From positions 16,786 to 80,785 of the IMG/VR virus record IMGVR_UViG_3300010389_000006: 64,000 nucleotides of DNA. The stretch is one strand, 5' to 3'. Of this stretch, positions 8,772 to 17,296 are shown piece by piece (the first letter of the stretch is position 1; every line of letters starts with the position of its first letter). The translations under genes and the position numbers were made by a program. This stretch comes from a virus. The notes beneath the pieces were generated by a model. It worked only from the letters and a program-made list of their open reading frames with translations. It was not told the origin of the DNA and did no database searches.

Positions 8772-10022
8772 ATGACCCTGACCCTTCGCCCTCACCAGCA
8801 GCGTATGCTCGATGCTCTGCAAGGTGCTGACCGTGGGCGTCTTACCTGCCCCACAGGCGGCGGTAAGACCCTTGTGATGATCCTAGACACTCTGCGCCGT
8901 CTCCAGCAGGCAGACCGCCCCCAGACCATCGTAGTGGTCTCTCCTCGCATCCTGCTGTCTGTCCAGTTGTATGAAGAGTTCTTTGCTGAACTCAATGGTA
9001 AGGTTGATGTTGCTGTGATGCATGTTCACAGCGGTGAGGTTGACTGCACCAGCACCACCAAGATCCAAGAGATCCAGTGTCATGCTGCTGTGTGTGCTGC
9101 TGCTAACACTCACCAACTGATCTTCACCACCTACAACTCTCTGCGTCGTATCAACGAGGCAGGTATTGATGTTGACACCATCTATTACGATGAAGCACAC
9201 AACTCTGTCCGCCGTGACTTCTTCAAAGAAGTTGCTGCTGCTTCGCTGACTGCTAAGCAAGCATACTATCTTACTGCCACTCCTAAGTATCGTGGTGGTG
9301 CTATCAGTATGAACAACACTGATGTGTATGGTAGTGAGCTGATCAATGTTCCTGCTCCTGAACTGATTGCTAACGGTAGCATCATTCCTCCTACCATTCA
9401 ACCCCACGTTGTTGACATCGAGCGTCACAAGTCGCTGCTCGCTGCTGAGAATGACCGCCAGGTGCTCACTGACATCGTTGCCAAACTTGATGGTGACGCT
9501 GCCCAGAAGATCCTGGTTGCTGCTCCTAACACTCGTGTGCTGTGGGCATTGCTGACTGGCACCAATGTGATGCAAGAGTTTGCTGATCGTGGTTATGATG
9601 TGCTCCACATCACCAGCAAGCATGGTGCTTATGTGAACAAGCGTAAGGTTGGTCGTCAAGAGTTCTTTGACACTCTTGATGCCTGGGGTAAAGATCCCAG
9701 CCGTAAGTTTATCATGTTCCACTATAGCATCCTGTCTGAAGGTATCAACGTGCCTGGTCTCACCCATACTATTCTCCTTCGCAATCTGCCTGTGATTGAG
9801 ATGGCGCAAACCATCGGACGTGTGATCCGTCTTGACCGTCAGGATGCTGCTGACATCGCTGCTGGTAAGATTCCTGCTGGTCAGTGTCAGTTCTATCGTA
9901 AGAAGACTGGTTTCGTAACTGTTCCTGTCTTCACCAACTATGGTAAGCAGACTGAGAAGCGTCTCCAGCGTGTTGTGGATGCCATCTTTGTCAAAGGTGT
10001 CGCTGCCACTGAGTTTGCCTGA
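8772..10022 (+). CDS. SF2 (DEAH/ResIII-like) helicase
   Basis: TGGGKT (motif I), DEAH (II), TAT (III), LSEGIN (V), QTIGRVIR (VI). ATG 8772 follows the promoter; the track start at 8634 is probably too early. Confidence 0.9.
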   Translation: MTLTLRPHQQRMLDALQGADRGRLTCPTGGGKTLVMILDTLRRLQQADRPQTIVVVSPRILLSVQLYEEFFAELNGKVDVAVMHVHSGEVDCTSTTKIQEIQCHAAVCAAANTHQLIFTTYNSLRRINEAGIDVDTIYYDEAHNSVRRDFFKEVAAASLTAKQAYYLTATPKYRGGAISMNNTDVYGSELINVPAPELIANGSIIPPTIQPHVVDIERHKSLLAAENDRQVLTDIVAKLDGDAAQKILVAAPNTRVLWALLTGTNVMQEFADRGYDVLHITSKHGAYVNKRKVGRQEFFDTLDAWGKDPSRKFIMFHYSILSEGINVPGLTHTILLRNLPVIEMAQTIGRVIRLDRQDAADIAAGKIPAGQCQFYRKKTGFVTVPVFTNYGKQTEKRLQRVVDAIFVKGVAATEFA

Positions 10023-10097
10023 AATGTGAAGATAGTGTGAGGTTATACAGAAACCCACACAAAACAATCTAAAATACTATTACTACGCTAGACTACC

Positions 10098-10277
10098 ATG
10101 GATGCTAAACACGACAAACGTAGAGATGCTCTGGGTCTGTTCTATGAAAGTGTATTGAAACCAGACAGCGAACTACGTCAGTGTGCTCACAACCAAGAAT
10201 GTTTCCATGAGTTGATGGAATGGCGCTCTGAAGTGCTAGAATACCTTGACCGTCGCCGTAATGAGGAGTTTAACTGA
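10098..10277 (+). CDS. Hypothetical protein (59 aa, not in track)
   Basis: MDAKHDKRRDALGLFYESVLKPD...; stop overlaps the next ATG. Confidence 0.65.
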   Translation: MDAKHDKRRDALGLFYESVLKPDSELRQCAHNQECFHELMEWRSEVLEYLDRRRNEEFN

Positions 10278-10579
10278 TGACTATTGAAGGACGCCCCGAC
10301 ATTAATGTTCCCAATGACTATTGGCAGAAAGAGTATGAAACGCAGCGCAAAGATCGTATGCAAGATTGCATCGATGATTACCTCCAAGATGAGAAAGTCG
10401 ATGCACGACGAGCGTATGAAGAGATTCTATCTTGCATCGATGATGTGATCAATTATCACAAAAAGCAACTAAACAAGGCAGTTGAAGTTAAATCGCTTAT
10501 GATGGGTAACCGTCCTGTCGATTTCGCAGATGAACTTGCTGAGAAATGGCAGTATGATAAACTACCTGAGCGTTTCTAA
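10277..10579 (+). CDS. Hypothetical protein
   Basis: ORF track, 100 aa; overlapping start/stop with neighbours. Confidence 0.7.
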   Translation: MTIEGRPDINVPNDYWQKEYETQRKDRMQDCIDDYLQDEKVDARRAYEEILSCIDDVINYHKKQLNKAVEVKSLMMGNRPVDFADELAEKWQYDKLPERF

Positions 10580-10824
10580 TGAATGAGAAAGAGCGTTTGC
10601 TGTTGGCATTGCAGCAAATAAATAATATCACCTCACTGCTGCAGGACAACAAGTATAAAAACTACCTGTACAGCAATCTTATCACCATTGAGGTAGAACT
10701 ACAACGTCAACTCACGAACCTGACTTATCATGAACGAAGAAGATTTCAAGAAAGCAATGCAAAATGTTCTGATGATGCAGAACAACAACGATCAGAACTT
10801 TCAGATCTTGCAAGCACAAATTGA
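10579..10824 (+). CDS. Hypothetical protein
   Basis: ORF track, 81 aa; overlaps the next gene by 95 nt. Confidence 0.55.
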   Translation: MNEKERLLLALQQINNITSLLQDNKYKNYLYSNLITIEVELQRQLTNLTYHERRRFQESNAKCSDDAEQQRSELSDLASTN

Positions 10825-10927
10825 CAATCTACAGCGTCAGTTGAATGACTTAAATGATCTGAAAGAGATGTTCCGTCTCCCCAAACCAGAAAACAAAGAT
10901 CGTAAACTCTTTGATACCGTTGACTGA
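10730..10927 (+). CDS. Hypothetical coiled-coil protein
   Basis: ORF track, 65 aa; heptad-like LQAQIDNLQRQLNDL. Confidence 0.65.
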   Translation: MNEEDFKKAMQNVLMMQNNNDQNFQILQAQIDNLQRQLNDLNDLKEMFRLPKPENKDRKLFDTVD

Positions 10928-11196
10928 TGAAGTTTGAGCATGGTATGATGGTCCAGTATCACCACACTGAAGGGTGGGTGAATTTCATTTGTGATGACTA
11001 TATCACAATCTGTTTTATTGATCGACCAGACAAGCACAAGCGTAATGGTCGATACCAAGCAAACCTTTTAGTTTATCGTGATTTTTGGCATGAAGTACGC
11101 AGTTGTGTGGATGAAAAGCAAGAAGAAGAGTCAAGCGAAACAACAAGCTATTTTCTACAATCTAGAGGATGCGATTATGTGGGAGCAGCACATTAA
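10927..11196 (+). CDS. Hypothetical protein
   Basis: ORF track, 89 aa; coupled start (TGATG). Confidence 0.65.
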   Translation: MKFEHGMMVQYHHTEGWVNFICDDYITICFIDRPDKHKRNGRYQANLLVYRDFWHEVRSCVDEKQEEESSETTSYFLQSRGCDYVGAAH

Positions 11197-11237
11197 CATG
11201 ACTGAACACGCCAAGACTGAGATCCATCCCGTTTTCG

Positions 11238-11294
11238 GGGACAGTTGATGAACCGTCCACTCTCTTGACACAGCGCCCCTGAGTGCTGTATGAT
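11238..11294 (+). promoter_or_regulatory. Early-type promoter element copy 2, also with a sigma70 -35
   Basis: GGGACAGTT-GATG-AACCGTCCA; TTGACA 11265-11270; TATGAT 11289-11294. Confidence 0.75.
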
Positions 11295-11317
11295 TACAAG
11301 GTAATCGAGAGACACCC

Positions 11318-11554
11318 ATGCAACTCCAAACCTCTGCCACCCAGGTTGATTTCTTCCCTGCTGCTGGTGGCAAGCGTTTCGTCAAGCGTGTGATCTGGCA
11401 TCCTGGTGCTGAGAGCGAGATGATTTCCTTCAGCACTGTTGTTAAGACCGATGCTCTCTATTCTATCCGCAACCTGATTGCCAACGGTGCTGAAGTTACT
11501 GATTTCAACACTGAAGCGTATCAGGGGGTTGACTACGCTCCCGTTTACTGCTAA
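11318..11554 (+). CDS. Hypothetical early protein
   Basis: ORF track, 78 aa, directly after the promoter. Confidence 0.7.
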   Translation: MQLQTSATQVDFFPAAGGKRFVKRVIWHPGAESEMISFSTVVKTDALYSIRNLIANGAEVTDFNTEAYQGVDYAPVYC

Positions 11555-11629
11555 TCTAGATTCATGGGAACGGTAGCGCCCTAAAGACTCCAACATTGTA
11601 TAATCCCACCCATGTAGGTGGCAATCCTA

Positions 11630-12322
11630 ATGTTCCAATCCGATCTTTCCCAAATTCGTATCACCCGTCAGTTCAAGACCAACCGTGATCTTGCTGAGAC
11701 TATTGCTCACACCGAGCATATGTCAGACAAAGATCTGAAGCGTTTGATCAACTTCAACTCGCTTGATCGTCTTGCTCAACTGCTCGGCACTGACCGTGAA
11801 TACATTTTTGAGAAGTGCAAAGCGGACTATGAGTATGCTTTGACAGTTGCTCATGGTACTGCTATTCTTGCCTCTCGTCAAGGTTCCAAGGACGAATCTT
11901 ACGTTCTTGATGAGATCAACCGTGTCTCCTCTGGTTATGGCATCTATGTTCAATCTCTGAACAACCAAGATCTCCGTCCTACGAAGGATGGTCGTCTTCT
12001 GAACAAGCGTGAGTTTGCTGAGTCTGGTCTCGACAAACTTGAGTGCTTGAAGTCTATCGACGGTGTTATCAACGGAGAAGTTGAAGGTTACATCTTTGCC
12101 AAGATCTGCTTTGGTGAAGGTGGACACCAAGACAACGTGTTCCATGAAGCAGCACACTTTGCTGATTGGGCAGAACAATACGCTGAGGAAGGCAAAGTCT
12201 ATGTCATTCTCATCGACACCGATCTGACCGACAAGTTCGATCGTCTCAAGTTTAACTACGATTCCGACAACGTTTGGGTCGTTGATCATGTAGAATTTCA
12301 AAAGCGTCTCGGTATTGCATGA
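11630..12322 (+). CDS. Putative type II restriction endonuclease (PD-(D/E)xK-like)
   Basis: KSIDG...IFAK...GGHQDNVFHE pattern; translationally coupled (ATGA) to a DNA methyltransferase. ATG 11630 preferred over GTG 11618. Confidence 0.55.
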   Translation: MFQSDLSQIRITRQFKTNRDLAETIAHTEHMSDKDLKRLINFNSLDRLAQLLGTDREYIFEKCKADYEYALTVAHGTAILASRQGSKDESYVLDEINRVSSGYGIYVQSLNNQDLRPTKDGRLLNKREFAESGLDKLECLKSIDGVINGEVEGYIFAKICFGEGGHQDNVFHEAAHFADWAEQYAEEGKVYVILIDTDLTDKFDRLKFNYDSDNVWVVDHVEFQKRLGIA

Positions 12323-13293
12323 GCAAACAACTTCTGGGTCAGTATTATACTACAACTGATCCATTCAACAACTCTGGTGCATTCCGCTCCTGGTATCAAA
12401 TGGTCCCCAAGACTACTATCTTGGAACCATTTGCAGGTGCGGGGCACCTTTTTTCTTACATAGATGCAGAGTGGAATGGATATGATATTGAACCCAATCA
12501 CCCTGATGTAGAGTATAGAAATACATTTGAACAGTTTCCTACTGGGTACAGTGTGTGTATTACTAATCCACCATACCTTGCTAAGACTGTTGTGTCGCGC
12601 AAGAAACTACCAGTGCAACTGATACATGAGGACATGTATCTTGACGCACTCCAGTTGATGTTGGACAACTGCGATTACGTCGCGGCAATTATACCCAGCA
12701 CGTTCTGGAACCAGAGATTATTCAAGAATAGATTGTATGCATGGGATAAGTTTGATATGCAACTATTCAGTGATACTGATGCACCCGCAGGTGTTGCGTA
12801 TTTTGTACCGCATAATGTAGAACACACGCGGACATTTGTCAATGGTGAGGAAATTGTGCTCACATCTGACAACACACCAACAAAAACTGATTTTCCTGTG
12901 CGCTTCAACCCACATGACCTGGCACCCATCCTCGTCAATGGAATTGACACTAATACACAAAATAACATTCATCTCCGCATGTTACAGGACAATGACATAC
13001 CATCACTCGTGAATAGTGCTGGTAAGTGTAAACCAACCAATAGAAATCACTTCCCGATTGAGTCAACAATTGTAAAAGAGGAAGATCTGCCTGCAATCAA
13101 TGCTATGATAGACCAGTGGCGACATGAGACAAAGGATTTTTTCCTTACTAGTTTCAAGTCTCCCATGGTATCAGGCAAATACAGGAAACGGATCAGTTTC
13201 CTGGAAGTCAGGTGGTTGCTAGATCGCTTCTACTCTGATAAACTGCCTGAGAGGCGTCTAGAAGCGCCTGTAAGCGTCCTTAACTACCTTTGA
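12319..13293 (+). CDS. Amino-DNA methyltransferase, gamma-class motif order (probably m6A)
   Basis: LGQYYT (motif X), ILEPFAGAG (motif I), ITNPPY (motif IV), in that order. Confidence 0.85.
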   Translation: MSKQLLGQYYTTTDPFNNSGAFRSWYQMVPKTTILEPFAGAGHLFSYIDAEWNGYDIEPNHPDVEYRNTFEQFPTGYSVCITNPPYLAKTVVSRKKLPVQLIHEDMYLDALQLMLDNCDYVAAIIPSTFWNQRLFKNRLYAWDKFDMQLFSDTDAPAGVAYFVPHNVEHTRTFVNGEEIVLTSDNTPTKTDFPVRFNPHDLAPILVNGIDTNTQNNIHLRMLQDNDIPSLVNSAGKCKPTNRNHFPIESTIVKEEDLPAINAMIDQWRHETKDFFLTSFKSPMVSGKYRKRISFLEVRWLLDRFYSDKLPERRLEAPVSVLNYL

Positions 13294-13296
13294 CCT

Positions 13297-13473
13297 ATGA
13301 AGACCGCTGAAGTCCCCCTGACTGCCCCTGAACTGAAGTTTCTGATCGATCTGATGTGGGGTGCTCCCATCTCTACTGTGCGTGAGACAGCATCGCGCCA
13401 TGGTCTGTCAGATGCTGACATCGAAGGACACTTGGTAAAGTGTCTGGGCTACCTTGCCTGTGAGATGGATTGA
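13297..13473 (+). CDS. Hypothetical protein (58 aa, not in track)
   Basis: MKTAEVPLTAPELKFLIDLMWG...ACEMD*; a promoter box is embedded in its 3' end. Confidence 0.6.
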   Translation: MKTAEVPLTAPELKFLIDLMWGAPISTVRETASRHGLSDADIEGHLVKCLGYLACEMD

Positions 13474-13482
13474 CCCTATACT
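13425..13482 (+). promoter_or_regulatory. Early-type promoter element copy 3
   Basis: AGGACACTT-GGTA-AAGTGTCTG; TATACT 13477-13482. Confidence 0.75.
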
Positions 13483-13507
13483 ACTAAGGTAGTCAAGGGA
13501 ACGACCC

Positions 13508-13666
13508 ATGCCTCTGATCTCAGACAACACTCTCGACCGTCAACTCCGTCGTACCATTCTCCAGAACATTGAAGAGATGGACATTGAGATGCTCAAGCGT
13601 ATTGCTTACGAGTGCCGCTGTGAAGAGATGGGTCTGCTCCCTGACAATACTTACCTGAATTTCTAA
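13508..13666 (+). CDS. Hypothetical protein (52 aa, not in track)
   Basis: MPLISDNTLDRQLRRTILQNIEEMD...; follows the promoter. Confidence 0.6.
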   Translation: MPLISDNTLDRQLRRTILQNIEEMDIEMLKRIAYECRCEEMGLLPDNTYLNF

Positions 13667-13806
13667 TGATTACCAAAGAAGATCGAGAGTTTGTTGACTT
13701 TCTCTTCGGCAAACTCCTCAAGCATGTTGACACTGACATGCTAGACCTGCAAGACGATGACTCTTGCTCTGACCACATTAACTTTCAACAACTTACCCTT
13801 TTTTGA
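13666..13806 (+). CDS. Hypothetical protein (46 aa, not in track)
   Basis: MITKEDREFVDFLFGKLL...; TAATG coupling. Confidence 0.6.
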   Translation: MITKEDREFVDFLFGKLLKHVDTDMLDLQDDDSCSDHINFQQLTLF

Positions 13807-13809
13807 ACC

Positions 13810-13935
13810 ATGAATGAAGTTATGCTCGACCGCTGGCTCCTGGATCAACTCGATGAAGAATACGATGTGATCGAGATCGAACGCGACATGCCAGTTGAGG
13901 AACTGTCCCATGAGGTGCTCGAACTGCTCTCCTGA
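13810..13935 (+). CDS. Hypothetical protein (41 aa, not in track)
   Basis: MNEVMLDRWLLDQLDEEY...MPVEELSHEVLELLS*; its tail encodes promoter box 4. Confidence 0.5.
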   Translation: MNEVMLDRWLLDQLDEEYDVIEIERDMPVEELSHEVLELLS

Positions 13936-13945
13936 GCCCTATACT
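13888..13945 (+). promoter_or_regulatory. Early-type promoter element copy 4
   Basis: ATGCCAGTT-GAGG-AACTGTCCC; TATACT 13940-13945. Confidence 0.8.
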
Positions 13946-13969
13946 AAGTTCATCAGCAAACAACCCCCG

Positions 13970-14185
13970 ATGCCCAACGCTTACGAAGTCTCCATCGACA
14001 ACAGCGACAACACCACCAGCATCTTCTACATCACTCGCCCTGCGACTAAGAGCATCCGTGGTCTGAACCGTCAGCACAACAACGTGGTGAATCAGGTGGT
14101 CAATGGTATCCGTGAGATCCGTGGATGGAAGCGCCTTGAGGTCAAGCGTGTGCCGCTTGAGCAAGTGGCACAGGGTTCGCTCTGA
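13970..14185 (+). CDS. Hypothetical early protein
   Basis: MPNAYEVSIDNS...; ATG 13970 follows the promoter. Confidence 0.7.
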   Translation: MPNAYEVSIDNSDNTTSIFYITRPATKSIRGLNRQHNNVVNQVVNGIREIRGWKRLEVKRVPLEQVAQGSL

Positions 14186-14207
14186 TCCCTCCATTCCACC
14201 CTATACT
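14150..14207 (+). promoter_or_regulatory. Early-type promoter element copy 5
   Basis: GTGCCGCTT-GAGC-AAGTGGCAC (near-perfect palindrome); TATACT 14202-14207. Confidence 0.8.
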
Positions 14208-14230
14208 AAGGACATCAGCAAACAACCCCG

Positions 14231-14605
14231 ATGATCTCGCTTCCTAACCCCACCCGCCAAGAGTTCTCTCAGTTCTGTGCTGAGCAGGATGCTCGCAACA
14301 CCATTCACCTCAACATCGTGAAGTATTGCCTGATGCTGTGTGATGCTCTCACTCAAGATGCTCCTGATGGTTATGGTTATGAGTTGAACTCTGATGGTCG
14401 TAAGTATCACAAGATCTACATGACCATCAACGGCAAGCGTGATAGCATCCACGCTTTCATTGACAAGAAGACTGGTGAAGTGTACAAACCCGCTAACACC
14501 AAAGCGCCTGCTAAGCATGTTCGTTATAACATGCTCTCCATCACTTCCCGCGAAGAGATGTTTGAGAAGTGCGACTGGGCAGGTGGTTATCTGTACATGC
14601 GTTGA
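14231..14605 (+). CDS. Conserved phage hypothetical protein
   Basis: HAFIDKKTGEVYKPA...APAKHVRYN motif typical of T4-like marine phage early proteins. Confidence 0.75.
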   Translation: MISLPNPTRQEFSQFCAEQDARNTIHLNIVKYCLMLCDALTQDAPDGYGYELNSDGRKYHKIYMTINGKRDSIHAFIDKKTGEVYKPANTKAPAKHVRYNMLSITSREEMFEKCDWAGGYLYMR

Positions 14606-14630
14606 CATTCCGCGCTTTCTCTGCTAAATT
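14602..14630 (+). promoter_or_regulatory. Sigma70-type promoter
   Basis: TTGACA 14602-14607, 17-nt spacer, TGc-TAAATT 14622-14630. Confidence 0.65.
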
Positions 14631-14656
14631 ACTCTAGTTCATTCGATTCTCCTCCA

Positions 14657-14926
14657 ATGTCTGCTCCTCAGTTCTATCTTGTTGCTGATGACACTGCGTT
14701 TGCCATTGATGAAGATGGCAAATTCTTCTGTGCTCCTGTTTGTGACTTTGATAATACCGTAGATGGTATTGCCAAAGGTGAGGTATGTTGGGATGATTCT
14801 TGGGAATTGGATGACATCCGCCCCGAGTTTCAAGATTATGTTGAATATGTGGCGCACATGTGCTACTATCTAAAGCAAGCACAGCAACTTACTATCGAAC
14901 ACACCCAAGAGGTATTTGTCAAATGA
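14657..14926 (+). CDS. Hypothetical protein
   Basis: ORF track, 89 aa. Confidence 0.65.
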   Translation: MSAPQFYLVADDTAFAIDEDGKFFCAPVCDFDNTVDGIAKGEVCWDDSWELDDIRPEFQDYVEYVAHMCYYLKQAQQLTIEHTQEVFVK

Positions 14927-15171
14927 ACATGCTAGCAGAGCACATCCGCGACTACATCAACCCTTTCCCCAATCGTTATACTCGTGGTCAGTATGAGATT
15001 CGTGTTCTTCCGCATGAAGATCTAGATTACGATGGTATCCAGAAGTTCTGGCGCTTGTTTAAGAAGTTTCCTAACGACTTCGCGGCAGCAGCAGTCTCTC
15101 TGCTACCTGATGATGTAGAATTCATTCAGTACGACCACCTCAACAACATTCTGTTCGCCAACAAACTTTGA
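14923..15171 (+). CDS. Hypothetical protein
   Basis: MNMLAEHIRDYINPF...; ATGA overlap with the previous stop. Confidence 0.65.
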   Translation: MNMLAEHIRDYINPFPNRYTRGQYEIRVLPHEDLDYDGIQKFWRLFKKFPNDFAAAAVSLLPDDVEFIQYDHLNNILFANKL

Positions 15172-15173
15172 TC

Positions 15174-15401
15174 ATGAGCACTGACACCCAACGCCTTTCC
15201 TACCAGCGCGATCTTATCTACGATTGGTGTACCGATCGTTTCAAAGAACTGATGGTAGAAGAAGATCATGATAGTGCTCTCGCTATTGCTGACGAGTTCT
15301 TTGAATGGTTAGACCCCGAGCAACTAGAAGATGAAGAAACACTGTACTACAACGAACAAGAACTCCTCGAACTCTACACCCAAAGAGTATCTGATCAGTG
15401 A
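15174..15401 (+). CDS. Hypothetical acidic protein
   Basis: MSTDTQRLSYQRDLIYDW...; in ORF track. Confidence 0.65.
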   Translation: MSTDTQRLSYQRDLIYDWCTDRFKELMVEEDHDSALAIADEFFEWLDPEQLEDEETLYYNEQELLELYTQRVSDQ

Positions 15402-15405
15402 TACG

Positions 15406-15525
15406 ATGCGTGACCTTATCATTCGCTACATGGAAGCATGTAATGAGGGTGATGAGGTCAAAGAAGCAGCATTGTTAGATGCTATCAAACAACAAGGCAT
15501 TGCTGACCATGAAAGTTCAAATTGA
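15406..15525 (+). CDS. Hypothetical protein
   Basis: MRDLIIRYMEACNEG...; in-frame ATG within a track ORF. Confidence 0.45.
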   Translation: MRDLIIRYMEACNEGDEVKEAALLDAIKQQGIADHESSN

Positions 15526-15685
15526 ATTAGGTGAAGATCTCCAACTAGAGTATCAGTCATGGTTGGATGTGAAAGAATCGCTAGGCATTGAGCGTAGCAT
15601 CAACAATTTCCTTTATTACACATACAACTATGGCACGTTCGCTAATCCCCGCAATCCTGACGACAATGAGCCTAGCACTGAGTAG
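15509..15685 (+). CDS. Hypothetical protein
   Basis: MKVQIELGEDLQLEYQSW...; in-frame ATG within a track ORF. Confidence 0.55.
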   Translation: MKVQIELGEDLQLEYQSWLDVKESLGIERSINNFLYYTYNYGTFANPRNPDDNEPSTE

Positions 15686-16310
15686 TGTTGCGCTTGCTAA
15701 TGAAGACAAGATTACCAAAGGTTTCTATTCTTATGATGCCATGGGTTGTATGCTCATGCGTGAGTGTAAGAAAGATGTGAAGGAAGTGTTCAGCATGTTA
15801 GACATCAGTTCTAACTATGAGAACATGGAAGCATTCACACCAGTAGCACAAGAGTTTAACAATATGCTTATGACACTCAATCAAATTGGTGTCAAAGTAT
15901 ATCTTGCTGATGAGAGATACTTTCCAGTTGGACATCGTGGTGTCTACCATACTGTCAGCAATGCATTCTTCTTGAACAAAGCATTCATGGGTCGCCCTAA
16001 TGTGTTGATGAGTGTAATGCGTCATGAAGGATGGCACGCTGCACAAGATTGTATGGCAGGTAGCATCAAGAATAGCATGATTGCTATTATCATGCCAGAG
16101 GAGAAAGTACCACCTCTGTGGAGAGAAATGGTAGAGCGAACCTATCCAGCGTCAGCAGTGCCATGGGAGGCAGAGGCTACATGGGCAGGAAAGACCGCTG
16201 GGATGACCCAGAAGGCGCTTGAAGCATGTGCCAAGGGTAGCATGTGGGAGACCTATGAGCCAACCCCTCTCACGCGCCAATGGTTGGAGGAGGAAGGTTA
16301 TATCAAATGA
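15630..16310 (+). CDS. Signal-peptide-bearing HExxH (zincin-like) protein
   Basis: MARSLIPAILTTMSLALSSVALA|NEDK looks like a signal peptide; MRHEGWHAAQDC motif followed by WEAEA. Confidence 0.6.
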   Translation: MARSLIPAILTTMSLALSSVALANEDKITKGFYSYDAMGCMLMRECKKDVKEVFSMLDISSNYENMEAFTPVAQEFNNMLMTLNQIGVKVYLADERYFPVGHRGVYHTVSNAFFLNKAFMGRPNVLMSVMRHEGWHAAQDCMAGSIKNSMIAIIMPEEKVPPLWREMVERTYPASAVPWEAEATWAGKTAGMTQKALEACAKGSMWETYEPTPLTRQWLEEEGYIK

Positions 16311-16510
16311 CCTACACTAATGAAGAATTGATTGCTGCATTGGTCAAAGAGTATGAATGGTTATGCCATGATGACTTTGACCCTGATGTAGACCCCACAC
16401 CAGAAGAATACCTTGACAGCATCAAGGATCTATCCTATGATGAACTAGTAGAAGAGACACAGACTGATGATTTCTTCACCCTTGATCTATTCATGAGAGC
16501 ATGGACATGA
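16307..16510 (+). CDS. Hypothetical acidic protein
   Basis: MTYTNEELIAALVKEY...; ATGA coupling. Confidence 0.65.
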   Translation: MTYTNEELIAALVKEYEWLCHDDFDPDVDPTPEEYLDSIKDLSYDELVEETQTDDFFTLDLFMRAWT

Positions 16511-16938
16511 CTTACGAAGCAGAAGTTCAATTTAAATTTGATGCTACGTTCACTCCCACCTATGGGACATCATCCTGGACCAGTGATGATTACATTCCTG
16601 AAGAGCATTATCTGATCACAGCACCTGCTGCTGATCTCAATGCCAAGCAGTATTTCAAGTTATTTGAGAAATTCATGCTATGTGTAGGCATGGACCCACA
16701 ATCTATTCGCTCTGCTGCTATGTCATTGGTATTCAATGACTGTGTGCGTGAAGAAGATCAGCGTAAAGTATGTGCTGAGTATGAACTGACCATGGATGAA
16801 GATCTTGACAAGAAGTATGAACAGTGGAAAGAGCGTGATGCTCAATGGGCTAAGATGAATGCTCATTATGAGAAGAACTTTGGTAGTGAACCGAAGATCA
16901 AAGGTGATTTTGTTGATAGTGCCGATGGAGTAGCATGA
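16501..16938 (+). CDS. Hypothetical protein
   Basis: ORF track, 145 aa. Confidence 0.7.
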   Translation: MDMTYEAEVQFKFDATFTPTYGTSSWTSDDYIPEEHYLITAPAADLNAKQYFKLFEKFMLCVGMDPQSIRSAAMSLVFNDCVREEDQRKVCAEYELTMDEDLDKKYEQWKERDAQWAKMNAHYEKNFGSEPKIKGDFVDSADGVA

Positions 16939-17150
16939 GTAATGAGTTTCGTAATGGTGTCGCATTTACTATTGCCATCACGGCATTTGCTTTTGTAGTA
17001 ATTGCCATGGTTGTTGGTAATAATAATATACCAATCGCTGAACCATCTGCTGATGTAGTTGGCACATACAAAGAGTGTGATATAATTAGATGGACTAACA
17101 ATCAACTCGCTGAATACAAGTATTTCCTTTATTGTGAGAAGAACAAATGA
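16935..17150 (+). CDS. Hypothetical single-TM protein
   Basis: Hydrophobic N-terminus GVAFTIAITAFAFVVIAMVVG. Confidence 0.65.
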   Translation: MSNEFRNGVAFTIAITAFAFVVIAMVVGNNNIPIAEPSADVVGTYKECDIIRWTNNQLAEYKYFLYCEKNK

Positions 17151-17296
17151 CTAACTGGCCGTATAATCATAGACACACAACAGAACTATGGGATATTGCT
17201 GCTGAGATCCTCTCAGAACTGTCCCGTAGAGATGAAGTGACGTATCAAGTAAGAGCAACCCCTGAATCTGTTAAAGCAAAGGTAGAAGCACTATGA
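17147..17296 (+). CDS. Hypothetical protein (49 aa, not in track)
   Basis: MTNWPYNHRHTTELWDIAAEIL...; ATGA overlaps at both ends. Confidence 0.6.
   Translation: MTNWPYNHRHTTELWDIAAEILSELSRRDEVTYQVRATPESVKAKVEAL

Noticed and set aside
8883-10067. 394-aa minus-strand ORF
   Set aside because: Exact antisense shadow of the strongly codon-biased helicase; no motifs. The same applies to 11723-12301, 20629-21465 and 22275-22871 on the minus strand.
11198-11248. 16-codon ORF MTEHAKTEIHPVFGDS ending in box 2
   Set aside because: Too short to support without expression data.
13228-13290. Possible 14th early box (AACTGCCTG at 13241 with AGGCG..CGCCT hairpin); similar GATAAACTACCTGAG at 10556
   Set aside because: No matching left half-site, and a poor (13280) or absent (10556 copy) -10 at the expected distance; at most a decayed copy.
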